Origin: Candidatus Binatia bacterium
GTDB taxonomy: Bacteria; Desulfobacterota; Binatia; Bin18
Assembly: GCA_963664395.2 (NCBI GenBank)
Contig: OY761159.2
Location: forward strand, 2,016,001-2,080,000
DNA length: 64,000 bases
Direction: 5' to 3'
The notes under the pieces were generated by a model. It worked only from the letters and a program-made list of their open reading frames with translations. It had not been told where the DNA came from and did not search any database. The position numbers were made by a program, and so were the translations under genes. Of this stretch, positions 11,662 to 22,428 are shown piece after piece; positions within the stretch are counted from its first letter, which is position 1, and the number at the start of each line of letters is the position of its first letter.

Positions 11662-13485
11662 CTACAAGTCGGAGAGCTGTTTCTCACCCAGCGCCTCCTG
11701 GATTGAAGAATCCATAATCCGTTGGGCAAACGGCGTTGTCACCTGGCTCAACTCCTCGGTCAGGTCCCGGATCAGATCGTAATCTTCTCCAGCGCACGCC
11801 TCGCGGACCTTTTGCACGACCTGGGCAATCTGCTCTTCCTCACCCTCTTGCAGAAACGAGGCATTCTGGCTCAGGGCTTTGTCGGTGGCGTGCAGCACGG
11901 TATTGGCTTCAGTCCGGGCCTCGATCAGCAAACGCTGCTCAATGTCTTCCTCCGCAAAGTCGATGGATTCTTCCAGCAGCCGCTCAACTTCTTCGTCGGT
12001 CAAGCCGTAGGACGGTTTCACTTCAAGCGAACGTTCGAGCCCGGTTCGCAGGTCGGTTGCGGAAACGTTCAGAATGCCGTTGGCATCGATCATAAACGTC
12101 ACTTCGACGCGCGGGACTCCGGCCGGCTTGGGCTCAATGGGAATGTTGAAGCGGGCCAGGCTGCGACAATCCTGGACCAGTTCGCGTTCTCCTTGCAGGA
12201 CATGCACGGCGACCGCGGTCTGGTCATCCACCGCGGTAGTAAACATTTCCTGCACGCTCGCCGGGATCGTCGTATTGCGTTCAATGATGTGACTCATGAC
12301 CCCGCCCATGGCCTCAATCCCCAAGGATAACGGCACCACATCGAGCAGCAGCATATCCCGCCGCCGTCCGGACAGGGTATCCGCCTGGACCGCCGCCCCA
12401 ATAGCGACGACTTCATCAGGATCAATACCTGCGAGTGGTGTCCGGCCAAAAAACTCAGCGACTCGTTGGCGCACCAGCGGCATGCGGGTCGAGCCGCCGA
12501 CCAGAACGACTTCTTCAATATCAGGGGTCTCAAGCCCGGCATCTTTGAGCGCCTGCCGACACGGCTCAAGCGTGCGGGCCACAATCTCGTCAACCGCGGC
12601 TTCCATCTCCTGCCGGCTCAGGCGGCGAGAGAGCTGAACGCCTTTGTCCGGGACGCTCAGATTGAGGACCGTTTCGTCCTGCTCGGACAGGGCCTGCTTG
12701 GCCTTTTCGGCCGCACGCAGCGCACTATTCAGCACCTGCGGATCATCGCGTACTTCCTCGGCCAGTTCCGCCAGGAGAAAGCGCTCGGCTATGGACTGAT
12801 CGATATCGTCACCACCCAGCCGGGTATTGCCGTTGGTGGATAACACCTCGAAGATGCCGGTATGGAGCCGCAAAATGGACACGTCAAACGTGCCACCCCC
12901 AAAGTCATACACCGCAATCAGGCCCTCTTCTTTTGTATTCAGGCCATAGGCCAGAGCGGCTGCCGTCGGTTCGTTGAGGAGGCGAATGACCTCAAGACCG
13001 GCCAGCTTACCGGCGTCTTTGGTCGCCTGCCGCTGCGAGTCGTTGAAATACGCCGGAACGGTAATGACCACCTTACCGGCCTCTGCCTGGAGGGCCGCCG
13101 CGGCCCGGTCCCGCAAGGCACGCAGAATAACAGCCGAGACCTCCGGTGGTGTCACCTGCCGGTCGTGGATGGCAAAACGGACCAGACCGGCGGCGTCCTG
13201 ATGATCGTCAACGAAGCGATAGCGCTTCCGATCATCAGGGCTCACATGCTCCATCCCGAGGCCCATAAAACGCTTCACCGACCGAATGGTCGAGAGGGGC
13301 TGCGTGCGGGCTAACTCGCCCGCCTCCCGGCCAACAACAACTCGGTCATTCGGCAAAAAACTGACGATAGACGGCAGCATCTTCTGCCCGCTTCCGCTAT
13401 CGGCAACGACTTGTGGACCAGCGTCGTCTACATACGCAATCAGACTATTGGTGGTGCCGAGATCAATCCCAACTATACGTTCCAC
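11662..13485 (-). CDS. hscA: Fe-S chaperone HscA (Hsp70 family)
   Basis: [38 protein letters not shown]; follows hscB. Confidence 0.93.
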   Translation of the reverse strand: MERIVGIDLGTTNSLIAYVDDAGPQVVADSGSGQKMLPSIVSFLPNDRVVVGREAGELARTQPLSTIRSVKRFMGLGMEHVSPDDRKRYRFVDDHQDAAGLVRFAIHDRQVTPPEVSAVILRALRDRAAAALQAEAGKVVITVPAYFNDSQRQATKDAGKLAGLEVIRLLNEPTAAALAYGLNTKEEGLIAVYDFGGGTFDVSILRLHTGIFEVLSTNGNTRLGGDDIDQSIAERFLLAELAEEVRDDPQVLNSALRAAEKAKQALSEQDETVLNLSVPDKGVQLSRRLSRQEMEAAVDEIVARTLEPCRQALKDAGLETPDIEEVVLVGGSTRMPLVRQRVAEFFGRTPLAGIDPDEVVAIGAAVQADTLSGRRRDMLLLDVVPLSLGIEAMGGVMSHIIERNTTIPASVQEMFTTAVDDQTAVAVHVLQGERELVQDCRSLARFNIPIEPKPAGVPRVEVTFMIDANGILNVSATDLRTGLERSLEVKPSYGLTDEEVERLLEESIDFAEEDIEQRLLIEARTEANTVLHATDKALSQNASFLQEGEEEQIAQVVQKVREACAGEDYDLIRDLTEELSQVTTPFAQRIMDSSIQEALGEKQLSDL

Positions 13486-13501
13486 AGTTCGCCTCTATTT
13501 T

Positions 13502-14167
13502 TCACAAGGTGGAGAGGGCCTTTTCCACGTCGCGGGTTAAGGTACGCAGATAGGCCATATCAGACAGCACTCGCTTCAGTTCGCCCAAGAGCTGGGCCGA
13601 CCCGGCCTGCGCCCATTTGGAGAAATTGGCCGCCAGCCTGTGCTGTAAGTCCCGCATCCGGTCGTCCAGATCATCCCGCACCTGAGTCAGCTCGGCTTTG
13701 AGGCCCGCCAGCGTGTCTTGCGCGGCATCGGTCTCGGCAGGGCGGGCCTCCCGGACGGCGGCCAGCTTTTCCTGCACCTCAAACACTAACAGGGCCAGAG
13801 CGGGCGGGACTTTGTTATTTTCCTTACCGAGTTGTTCGCCGTTGAGTTCGAGCCAGTACCGGCCGCGCTGGACCGGATCACGCAGGGTCCGGTAGGCCCG
13901 GTTCACCAGCGCGGTGTTCTGAAGGCTGGCCTCCTGCTCCTCAGCAGGCCCGGTCTGGTGGAGGTCCGGATGGAGTTGGCGGCTTAAATCGTAATACGTT
14001 CCGGCCAGCGCCTGCTCGTCAAGCAGCGGATCGCGGGCCAGACCAAATAGCGTGAAATAGTCAACGTCTGGAGGTAAGGGTTGGAGAGCCTCGCAGGCCG
14101 GGCAGAACACCTGTGATGCATGCGTATTCTGACAGCGCCAGCAGCGCACCACAGCAGTCGTGGCCAT
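13502..14167 (-). CDS. hscB: Co-chaperone HscB with N-terminal CxxC...CxxC
   Basis: J-domain LHPD motif, VNRAYRTLRDPVQR; ISC context. Confidence 0.92.
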   Translation of the reverse strand: MATTAVVRCWRCQNTHASQVFCPACEALQPLPPDVDYFTLFGLARDPLLDEQALAGTYYDLSRQLHPDLHQTGPAEEQEASLQNTALVNRAYRTLRDPVQRGRYWLELNGEQLGKENNKVPPALALLVFEVQEKLAAVREARPAETDAAQDTLAGLKAELTQVRDDLDDRMRDLQHRLAANFSKWAQAGSAQLLGELKRVLSDMAYLRTLTRDVEKALSTL

Positions 14168-14181
14168 AGTGTGTGGGATTA

Positions 14182-14529
14182 TTAGACAGAGAAGGAGCTA
14201 CCGCAGCCGCAGGCGCGTTTGATATTGGGATTCGTCAGCTTAAAGCCTGAGTCCATTAGCGCCTCGGAAAAATCCAACTCTGTGCCACGGAGATAGATAA
14301 AGCTCTTACGGTCAACAATCACTTTGGCACTTTCCCGCTCAAAGACACGGTCACCGTCACGTGGGCTGTCCAGGGCCATCTTATAGGACAAACCCGAACA
14401 GCCCCCCCCCACCACCTTAACCCGCAACCCGCAATCCTGCCGCTCGTCCTGGACCGCCAGGTCTTCAATCTTTTTGGCTGCGTTTTCGCTAATTTCGATC
14501 TTGAGCTTTGCTTTCGCGCTTGCTGCCAT
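14182..14529 (-). CDS. iscA: A-type Fe-S carrier IscA
   Basis: GGGCSGLSY and NPN...ACGCGSSF motifs. Confidence 0.92.
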   Translation of the reverse strand: MAASAKAKLKIEISENAAKKIEDLAVQDERQDCGLRVKVVGGGCSGLSYKMALDSPRDGDRVFERESAKVIVDRKSFIYLRGTELDFSEALMDSGFKLTNPNIKRACGCGSSFSV

Positions 14530-14571
14530 GCCAGTTGTCCCAATCTTCTTATGGTTTCTGTACTCTGAATC

Positions 14572-14985
14572 CTAAGCGGCGTTCTTCGAGATGGAGACGT
14601 TGGACGCCCCCTGCTCCCGCCAGTCCGCTACCGCCGCCTTGATCGCATCCTCCGCTAACACCGAACAATGTATCTTCACCGGCGGCAGCGATAACTCCGC
14701 CACGATCTCCGTGTTCTTGATCTCAAACGCCTCCGCCACCGTCTTCCCCTTCACTAACTCCGTCACATAACTCGACGACGCAATCGCCGACCCACACCCA
14801 AAGGTCTTGAACTTCGCATCCTCGATCACTTCCGTCTCCGGATTGATCTTCAACTGCAACTTCATCACGTCCCCACACTCCGGCGCCCCCACTACGCCCG
14901 TCCCCACATTCCCTTCCCCCGCCCCAAAACTTCCCACGTTCCGCGGCTGCTCAAAATGCGCTATCACTTTCTCTGTGTATGCCAT
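14572..14985 (-). CDS. iscU: Fe-S scaffold IscU
   Basis: Start reset to MAYTEKV (RBS gaggagg); GAPECGDVMKLQ, FKTFGCGSAIASSS, LPPVKIHCSVLAEDA. Confidence 0.95.
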   Translation of the reverse strand: MAYTEKVIAHFEQPRNVGSFGAGEGNVGTGVVGAPECGDVMKLQLKINPETEVIEDAKFKTFGCGSAIASSSYVTELVKGKTVAEAFEIKNTEIVAELSLPPVKIHCSVLAEDAIKAAVADWREQGASNVSISKNAA

Positions 14986-15037
14986 CGCGATGTCCTCCTC
15001 AATATGAAGTTTGATAGATACTGAATTCTTTCTTTGC

Positions 15038-16258
15038 TCAGGTTTTCCACTGGACGGATTTGAGGTCAATCCCTTCCTTGGCCATCTCGTATAGTGGCGA
15101 CATCTCCCGCAATCGGACGACCACCTCGGAGACACGCCTGATAACGTAGTCCACATCCTCTTCGGTGTTAAAGCGTCCCAAGCCGAACCGAATCGACGTA
15201 TGGGCCAACTCTTCGCCGACACCCAGCGCCTTGAGCACATACGACGGTTCAAGGGTCGCCGAGGTACAGGCGGAACCGGACGACAGCGCGATCTCCCGGT
15301 TGAGTCCCATCAGGAAGGATTCGCCCTCCACATACGAAAAGCTCAGATTCAAGTTGCCGGGAGTCCGCTCCGTTGGATGGCCGTTCAAATACACCTCTTC
15401 CAGGTTTTCGGTCAGACCATCATGGAGTCTCTGACGCAATGCGATGAGGCGGCCGGCTTCGGCTTCCAATTCCTGCCCGCACAACTCACACGCCTTCCCA
15501 AACCCGACAATGCCCGCCACGTTCAGTGTCCCTGAGCGCATCCCCCGTTCATGGCCACCGCCATCCATCTGAGCCCGTAGGCGGACCCGGGGTCCCCGTG
15601 ACCTGACGTATAACGCACCACAACCCTTGGGCCCATACATCTTATGGGCACTCATCGACATGAGATCGATACCATCTTCGTCAACGTTGACAGGGACTTT
15701 GCCCACGCCCTGAGTCGCATCACAGTGAAGCAGGATGCCCCGCTCTTTGGCGAGCTTGCCGATTGCTCTAATGGGATGCAGGGTGCCAATCTCGTTGTTG
15801 GCGTACATCAGCGAGATCAGGATCGTATTGTCCCGGATAGCATTCTCCACATCGTCGACATCCACCCGCCCATACTTATCAACCGCTAAGTATGTCACTT
15901 CCGCGATATTCGAACGTTCGAGGGCCTTACATGTGTCTAAGACCGCTTTGTGTTCCGTGACTGCCGTAATAATATGGTTGCCTTTATCTGCGTAGAACTC
16001 CGCCACGCCCTTAATCGCAAGATTGTCCGACTCGGTCGCGCCACTGGTGAAAATAATCTCTTTGGGTCGTGCGCCGACCAAATCCGCGATCTGGCTTCGC
16101 CCCTGGTCCACCGCTTCTTCGGCTGCCCATCCAAAGGTATGATTACGACTGGCCGCATTGCCATATATCTCACCGAGAAACGGGACCATCGCCTCAATCA
16201 CGCGTGGGTCTACCGGCGTGGTAGCTTGGTTATCCATGTAGATCGGATCGCGCTCCAT
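15038..16258 (-). CDS. iscS: Cysteine desulfurase IscS
   Basis: [29 protein letters not shown]. Confidence 0.95.
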   Translation of the reverse strand: MERDPIYMDNQATTPVDPRVIEAMVPFLGEIYGNAASRNHTFGWAAEEAVDQGRSQIADLVGARPKEIIFTSGATESDNLAIKGVAEFYADKGNHIITAVTEHKAVLDTCKALERSNIAEVTYLAVDKYGRVDVDDVENAIRDNTILISLMYANNEIGTLHPIRAIGKLAKERGILLHCDATQGVGKVPVNVDEDGIDLMSMSAHKMYGPKGCGALYVRSRGPRVRLRAQMDGGGHERGMRSGTLNVAGIVGFGKACELCGQELEAEAGRLIALRQRLHDGLTENLEEVYLNGHPTERTPGNLNLSFSYVEGESFLMGLNREIALSSGSACTSATLEPSYVLKALGVGEELAHTSIRFGLGRFNTEEDVDYVIRRVSEVVVRLREMSPLYEMAKEGIDLKSVQWKT

Positions 16259-16294
16259 AATGCCCTTTCGTTGTTCAACAAGAGTCGGAATTTT

Positions 16295-16345
16295 TTAAAG
16301 TAGACTTTATAAGTCCACTTTAAGGTTTCTCCCTGAACATGTCAA
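16295..16345 (-). promoter_or_regulatory. Sigma70-like promoter of the isc operon overlapped by a palindromic Rrf2/IscR-type operator
   Basis: Minus strand TTGACA (16345-16340), 17 bp, TAAAGT (16322-16317); near-perfect palindrome ttaaagtagactttataagtccactttaa at 16295-16323 with GACT-N5-AGTC core like IscR type-1 sites. Confidence 0.7.
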
Positions 16346-16408
16346 CCTACATGACACAGAGAGCCCCACTGACCAGTGCAAGAGGAATCACACGAGTGAA
16401 CCCTCTTC

Positions 16409-18949
16409 TCACAACACATTTTTCAAAAACTGGCCGGTATACGATTGTTCAACGCGCGTCATGTCCTCAGGCGTCCCGCAGGCAACGACCTTGCCCCCGG
16501 CCTCTCCCCCTTCGGGACCCAAGTCGATGATCCAATCCGCGGTTTTTATCACCTCCAGGTTATGTTCAATCACCACAACGGTGTTCCCCGCTTCAACGAG
16601 TAAGGTAAAAATATCCAGCAAGCGCTGAATATCAGCGAGATGGAGGCCGGTGGTCGGTTCATCAAAAAGGAATAAGGTCCGCCCCGTGCTTTTGCGGCTC
16701 AATTCTTTGGCCAACTTGAGCCGCTGCGCTTCTCCACCGGATAGCGTTGGTGCGGCTTGACCCAGGCGTATATATGACAGTCCAACATCGCGTAACGTTT
16801 CCAAACGGGGCCGTATTTCCGGTATATCGCCGTAGAGTGCCAACACCTCAGCGACCGTCATATTCAGGACATCGGCAATGCTCTGGCCGCGAAATGTGAT
16901 GGCTAAAGTATCCCGATTATAGCGCTGGCCATGGCACACATCACACGTGACATAGACATCGGGTAAAAAGTTCATCTCAACCGCGAAGACACCGTTTCCT
17001 TCACACGCCTCACACCGTCCACCTTTGGCGTTAAAAGAGAAGCGGCTCAGGTTATAGCCACGTACCCGCGCCTCGGGCAATTGGGCAAAAAGGACGCGAA
17101 GCGGCTGTAAGAGCCCAGTGTACGTCGCCGGGGTGGAAGTGGGCGTCCGCCCAATAGGAGCCTGGTCAACCACTATCATTTTATCGAGCTGTTGCCAGCC
17201 TGAGAGCCGGCCGACCCCTGCTGCGGGCGATGTCCTACCCGCCAGCACAGCCGCCAGAGCCGGCACGAGGGCGTCGCTGATGAGCGAACTCTTGCCCGAG
17301 CCGGATACGCCGGTCACACACGTCAGCGCCCCAAGCGGGAAGGCCACGGTTATATCTTTGAGATTATGTATCCTCGTCCGGGCGAGGGTGAGGAAATCTT
17401 TCGCTGTTCGTCGCGCCATGCGTCGTTTTGTCGGTATCGCAATCTTCGCCTCGCCCGAAAGATATTGTCCGGTCAGAGAGTTCGAGGCATTTTTGACGTC
17501 TTGCGGTGTTCCGACGGCACACACCTGCCCACCCTGCTCGCCTGCGCCCGGGCCTAAATCAATAAGATGGTCAGCAGCCAGCATAGTCTCGGGATCGTGC
17601 TCGACCACAACCACCGTATTCCCCTGATGACACAGCTGTTTGAGAATCTTCAGGAGCCGACCCGTGTCACGAGGATGAAGCCCAACTGACGGTTCGTCCA
17701 GAATATAGATGACCCCGGATAAGCCATTGCCAAGCAGCGTCGCAAGCCGGATACGCTGTGCCTCGCCGCCGGACAGTGACAGCATCGTTCGGTCCAGAGC
17801 AACATACTCTAATCCCAGATCAACCAACGCCCGGAGACGCGTGACAATCTCCTGACAGAGCGGTCGGGCAATCTGCTCTGTCTGTCCGTAAAAAACAAGC
17901 TGAGAGAAAAAGTCTGCCACCTCTCCAAGCGGCTGTGTGTTGAGTTCGCTCAGGCTCCTGTCCCCGATGCGTACCCCCTGGGTCTCAGACCGGAGTCGGG
18001 CGCCGTCACACCTCGAACAGACCTGCGATTCGACCGCGTCATGGGCGCTCGCCCGCTTTTTTGCAGTCCGCGCCCGTACGCCCAGGCCCTCACAGGCCGG
18101 ACATGCTCCGTCCGGGCTATTGGGCGAAAAGAACGCCGGGCTCAGTTCCGGATAGGCAAAGCCACAGGCGGGACAGATGAGGCGCTGAGTGAAGAGGCGC
18201 TCTTCGTTTTCCTCAATCAGGACTTTGACAATATCCTTGCCATAGCGCAAAGCCGTGTCCAGCGAATCGGCCAGGCGTTGGGCGATGCCGCTTTTGGCTA
18301 CGAGCCGGTCAATCACTATATCAAGTTGCGTCTGGGCGATCTCACCCGGACTCAAACATGAGATATCTTCGGCCAGATCCATCAGATCATGCAGCTCATG
18401 GATCGTGCCATTCAGCCGGACACGGACAAAGCCGGCTTTGCCCAGTTCTTGGAGGGCGCTGTCAAAATCATCAGGATGGAAAAGGCGTATTGGAGCCAAA
18501 ATCTGGAGCCGACTCCCTGCGGGCACATCGAGTAATTGGTCCACAATCTGGGGCACACTGTGGCGTTCAATCACTCGTCCGCATTCCAGGCAGTGAGGCG
18601 TGCCGACCCGGGCATATAACAGCCGCAGATAGTCGGCAATCTCGCTGACCGTGCCAACGGTTGAGCGGGGTGAAGTTGTCACGCGGCGCTGTTCAACCGC
18701 GACCGCCGGAGACAGGCCATTGATTGCATCAACATCGGGTCTGGCACGCTGCGCCAAAAACTGACGCGCGTAGACGGAGAGTGATTCCACATAGCGTCGG
18801 CGTCCTTCGGCGTACAGGACATCAAAGGCCAGGGTCGATTTTCCCGACCCGGAGACGCCGGTAATCACGACAAATTTATTGCGCGGAATCTCAATTGAAA
18901 TGTTTTTGAGATTATGTTCGCGCGCGCCTCGAATACTAATCGTATCCAC
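16409..18949 (-). CDS. uvrA: Excinuclease ABC subunit A (short variant)
   Basis: GAREHNLKN, two GVSGSGKS Walker A, two LSGGEAQR signatures; probable GTG start at 18949. Confidence 0.92.
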   Translation of the reverse strand: MDTISIRGAREHNLKNISIEIPRNKFVVITGVSGSGKSTLAFDVLYAEGRRRYVESLSVYARQFLAQRARPDVDAINGLSPAVAVEQRRVTTSPRSTVGTVSEIADYLRLLYARVGTPHCLECGRVIERHSVPQIVDQLLDVPAGSRLQILAPIRLFHPDDFDSALQELGKAGFVRVRLNGTIHELHDLMDLAEDISCLSPGEIAQTQLDIVIDRLVAKSGIAQRLADSLDTALRYGKDIVKVLIEENEERLFTQRLICPACGFAYPELSPAFFSPNSPDGACPACEGLGVRARTAKKRASAHDAVESQVCSRCDGARLRSETQGVRIGDRSLSELNTQPLGEVADFFSQLVFYGQTEQIARPLCQEIVTRLRALVDLGLEYVALDRTMLSLSGGEAQRIRLATLLGNGLSGVIYILDEPSVGLHPRDTGRLLKILKQLCHQGNTVVVVEHDPETMLAADHLIDLGPGAGEQGGQVCAVGTPQDVKNASNSLTGQYLSGEAKIAIPTKRRMARRTAKDFLTLARTRIHNLKDITVAFPLGALTCVTGVSGSGKSSLISDALVPALAAVLAGRTSPAAGVGRLSGWQQLDKMIVVDQAPIGRTPTSTPATYTGLLQPLRVLFAQLPEARVRGYNLSRFSFNAKGGRCEACEGNGVFAVEMNFLPDVYVTCDVCHGQRYNRDTLAITFRGQSIADVLNMTVAEVLALYGDIPEIRPRLETLRDVGLSYIRLGQAAPTLSGGEAQRLKLAKELSRKSTGRTLFLFDEPTTGLHLADIQRLLDIFTLLVEAGNTVVVIEHNLEVIKTADWIIDLGPEGGEAGGKVVACGTPEDMTRVEQSYTGQFLKNVL

Positions 18950-19018
18950 AGCCGGCAGCCTAGCAGAAAGCCAGAACAATGATTAGGGATTGGGGATTGG
19001 GGCGCGCCTCCCCTTTCT

Positions 19019-20581
19019 TTACGACTCTTGCGAGCGTCTCCAGCGCAACACCGGCCGGCGGGCGGCGCGGGTTTCGTCCAGACGGCTGACTGGCGTGGTG
19101 AACGGCGCTTGTTTGAGCAGGTCGGGCTGGTCTGTGATCTCCTGGGCGATGGCGAGCAGCGCGGCGACAAATTCGTCCAGGGTTTCTTTGGTTTCCGTTT
19201 CCGTCGGCTCAATCATCAGCGCCCCGCTCACCACTAAGGGGAAATAAATCGTCGGAGCATAAAAGCCATAATCGAGCAGACGTTTGGCAATATCCAGGGT
19301 CTTGATGCCGGTCTGCTGAAACGAGCGGTCCGAGAAGACACATTCATGCATACACGGCTCAGGGGTGGCTAAGGTGTACGTAGCTTCGAGCCGTTTGCGG
19401 AGGTAGTTGGCATTCAGAATAGCCATCCGCGTGGCCTGCGTGAGACCATCCCCCCCCATCGCCAGAATGTAGGCGTAGGCACGAACAAGAATGCCGAAAT
19501 TGCCATAGAACGAGCGCACCCGGCCAATTGATTTGGGGTAGTCTTCACTCCAGGAATAGGCAGCGTTGTTCCGGACAATCCGAGGAATGGGCAGATAGGG
19601 TTCCAGAATATTTTTCACCCCAATCGGCCCGGCACCGGGACCACCCCCACCATGCGGAGTGGAGAACGTTTTGTGCAGATTGAATTGAATAACATCCGCC
19701 CCCATATGACCCGGCTTGGCCACACCCATCAGGGCGTTGAGATTGGCTCCGTCCATATACACCAGCGCCCCGTGGTCGTGCAGCACGTTTGTGATCTGGA
19801 GAATTTCACGTTCAAAGAGTCCGAGCGTGTTCGGGTTGGTCACCATAAGGGCAGCCACTTCGGTGTCCGTATACTTGGCAACTTCGTCGGCACTGAGCAT
19901 GCCGTCCGGACCGGCTGTGACCTGCACCACGTCATAGCCGCATAAGGCCGCCGACGCGGGATTGGTCCCATGCGCGCTGGCGGGAATCAACACTTTCCTG
20001 CGTGGTGTTCCCCGGTCCTGATGATAGGCCCGGACGAGCTTCATGCCGGTCAACTCACCCTGCGCGCCCGCGGCGGGCTGCAGGCTGATCGCGTCCATGC
20101 CGCTGATCTCGGCCAGACAGCGCTCAAGAGCAGTGAGCAATATCAATGCCCCTTGGGCCTGATCGTCCGGAGTCAAGGGATGGAGTTGAGCCAAACCCGG
20201 CAGGCGCGCCATGTACTCATTCACCACCGGGTTGTACTTCATAGTGCACGACCCAAGTGGATAGAGGGTCGTGGCCGCACTCATATTCCACTGTGACAGC
20301 CGCGTGAAATGGCGCACCACTTCGCCCTCGCTTACCTCGGGAAAGTCATCGAGTGCATCCCGACGCAGCTCAGCTGGAAGATCGCCAACCCCATCACGCT
20401 CGGGTATATCGTCTGGCGGAAGCGAGTAGCCGACCCGTCCGGGGGAGCCACGCTCTGAGATCAGGGGTTCGTTCAGAACCGTACGTTTCCCTTGCGGAAA
20501 AGAGTACCCGTGTCCGGCTTTCTTTGTATGATTGGAGGGCACGTTTATTCTTTCAGGAGTGCGGGCGAGAGGCGGAGCCAT
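19019..20581 (-). CDS. gcvPB: Glycine dehydrogenase subunit 2 (true start may be further downstream)
   Basis: PLGSCTMKYNP, NLHKTFSTPHGGGGPG, MIEPTETE. Confidence 0.95.
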   Translation of the reverse strand: MAPPLARTPERINVPSNHTKKAGHGYSFPQGKRTVLNEPLISERGSPGRVGYSLPPDDIPERDGVGDLPAELRRDALDDFPEVSEGEVVRHFTRLSQWNMSAATTLYPLGSCTMKYNPVVNEYMARLPGLAQLHPLTPDDQAQGALILLTALERCLAEISGMDAISLQPAAGAQGELTGMKLVRAYHQDRGTPRRKVLIPASAHGTNPASAALCGYDVVQVTAGPDGMLSADEVAKYTDTEVAALMVTNPNTLGLFEREILQITNVLHDHGALVYMDGANLNALMGVAKPGHMGADVIQFNLHKTFSTPHGGGGPGAGPIGVKNILEPYLPIPRIVRNNAAYSWSEDYPKSIGRVRSFYGNFGILVRAYAYILAMGGDGLTQATRMAILNANYLRKRLEATYTLATPEPCMHECVFSDRSFQQTGIKTLDIAKRLLDYGFYAPTIYFPLVVSGALMIEPTETETKETLDEFVAALLAIAQEITDQPDLLKQAPFTTPVSRLDETRAARRPVLRWRRSQES

Positions 20582-21942
20582 TATGCGACCTGCGTCACTC
20601 CAGTTTCGTGACTGAGCTGCTGTCCGAAGCGTTCAATCGCTTCCCGCGTGTGCAACTCAGTCGCGCATATTAAGAGACAGTCTTGGAGTTCCGGATACCA
20701 GTCTTCCAAAACGATTCCGGCACCGACGCCACGCGCTTTGAGGTGGGTCCAAACTGTGCGCGCGTGTGGCACAGTCATCACAAATTCATTAAAAAAAGGA
20801 CTCGTAAAACACCGCTGCACTCCAGCCGCCTGCTGCAACAGATCTGCCAGATAATGGCTGTTCTTCACGTTCCGCAGCGCCAATTCCCGTAACCCCTGTT
20901 TGCCCAACAGGCACAGAAAGACAGTTGCGGCCAGGGCGCACAGGCCGTGATTGGTACAGATATTTGAGGTCGCCCGCTCCCGCCGAATGTGTTGTTCGCG
21001 GGTGGCCAGGGTGAGTACAAATCCGCGCCGCCCATCTTGATCAACCGTCTCCCCAACCAGACGACCGGGCATATTCCGGACATACCGACTGCGGCAGGCA
21101 AAGAGACCCAGGCCGGGTCCACCGTAGCTGAGGGGAATGCCCAGACTCTGTCCCTCTGCAACCGCAATATCAGCCCCGAGTTCGCCGGGAGACTTGAGAA
21201 TGCCTAATGCCGCGGACTCAGGGGTCACGGACAGGGTCAACGCCCCAACGGCCTGCGCAGCTCGACCAACGGCCGCAACATCTTCGATCACGCCAAAGAC
21301 GTTCGGATAGCCTACGACCACGCCGCACACCCGCTCATCCAGGTGCTGCGCAAGGGCGGCCGGGTCGAGGCGGCCGGCTGCATCCCAGCCCAGCTCGACA
21401 AGCGACAGACCGGGGAAACCGTCCAAGTAGGTCTGAATGACCTGGCGGTATTGCGGATGCAGGGAGCGGGCGACCAGAACAAGAGCGCGTTTGGGCAAAA
21501 TGCGCTTGGCCATGAGAACCGCTTCAGCAGTCGCAGACGCACCATCGTACATACTGGCATTGGCGACTTCCAATCCCAACAGGAAAGCGACCAGAGACTG
21601 GAATTCGAAAATGACTTGCAGCGTGCCCTGGCTCACCTCGGGTTGATACGGCGTATAGGCCGTGGCAAACTCCGCCCGCTGCACTATCTGGTCAACAACA
21701 ACAGGAATAAAATGAGGATAGGCCCCTGCTCCAAGAAAAGGCAGTTCCGGCCCGGTCTGCTGTTCAGCGAGAGCGGTCAGGCGTTTGATGATTTCAGACT
21801 CAGCCAGGCCGGGTACAAGGTTGAGCGTGGCGCGCTTGCGCAGGTCCTCGGGGAGATGGCGAATCAGATCCTCAACGCAATCCACGCCCAGGACGGCCAG
21901 CATGGCCTGAATATCGTGTTCGGTATGCGGGATATAACGCAT
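20581..21942 (-). CDS. gcvPA: Glycine dehydrogenase subunit 1
   Basis: MRYIPHT, AYTPYQPEVSQG, TREQHIRRERATSNICTN. Confidence 0.95.
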   Translation of the reverse strand: MRYIPHTEHDIQAMLAVLGVDCVEDLIRHLPEDLRKRATLNLVPGLAESEIIKRLTALAEQQTGPELPFLGAGAYPHFIPVVVDQIVQRAEFATAYTPYQPEVSQGTLQVIFEFQSLVAFLLGLEVANASMYDGASATAEAVLMAKRILPKRALVLVARSLHPQYRQVIQTYLDGFPGLSLVELGWDAAGRLDPAALAQHLDERVCGVVVGYPNVFGVIEDVAAVGRAAQAVGALTLSVTPESAALGILKSPGELGADIAVAEGQSLGIPLSYGGPGLGLFACRSRYVRNMPGRLVGETVDQDGRRGFVLTLATREQHIRRERATSNICTNHGLCALAATVFLCLLGKQGLRELALRNVKNSHYLADLLQQAAGVQRCFTSPFFNEFVMTVPHARTVWTHLKARGVGAGIVLEDWYPELQDCLLICATELHTREAIERFGQQLSHETGVTQVA

Positions 21943-21974
21943 GGCGATTCGTTAGCGACTGTTACGCCTCCGTA

Positions 21975-22022
21975 TATTCGTCTATCCGTCTATCCGTCTA
22001 TCCGTCTATTCGTCTATCCGTC
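21975..22022. repeat. 8-bp tandem repeat TAT(C/T)CGTC x6
   Basis: Directly visible between gcvH and gcvPA; includes the gcvH stop codon. Confidence 0.9.
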
Positions 22023-22418
22023 TTGGCTTTCTTGTTCTTCGTTAATAAACTGCTCATATTCCTCAGCCGTCATGAGCTCTTCCAGCTCTTCGGGATCGTT
22101 CATTTCGACTTGAACCAGCCACGCATCGCCATACGGATCTTCATTGAGCGTCTCTGGCGTGTTCAGCAGCTCAGTATTGACTTCCCTGACCGTACCACTC
22201 ACCGGAGCGTAGATGTCAGACACGGCTTTGACCGATTCAATAACGCCAAAGGGCTCAGCTTGGGTGAGCCGCGTATCAGGCCCGGGCAACTCGACAAACA
22301 CGACATCCCCGAGCTGCTCTTGAGCGTAATCGGTGATGCCGATGGTTGCCAGATTATCCTCCTCAACCAATATCCACTCATGTTCACGTGAGTAGCGTAA
22401 CTCCTTCGGGGCTTCCAT
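22014..22418 (-). CDS. gcvH: Glycine cleavage system H protein
   Basis: YSREHEW, GITDYAQEQLGDVVFV, ESVKAVSD lipoyl-lysine motif. Confidence 0.95.
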   Translation of the reverse strand: MEAPKELRYSREHEWILVEEDNLATIGITDYAQEQLGDVVFVELPGPDTRLTQAEPFGVIESVKAVSDIYAPVSGTVREVNTELLNTPETLNEDPYGDAWLVQVEMNDPEELEELMTAEEYEQFINEEQESQDG

Positions 22419-22428
22419 AACCTCCTCC

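Noticed and set aside
14986-15252. N-terminal extension of the iscU ORF
   Set aside because: Overlaps iscS; a strong RBS supports the start at 14985
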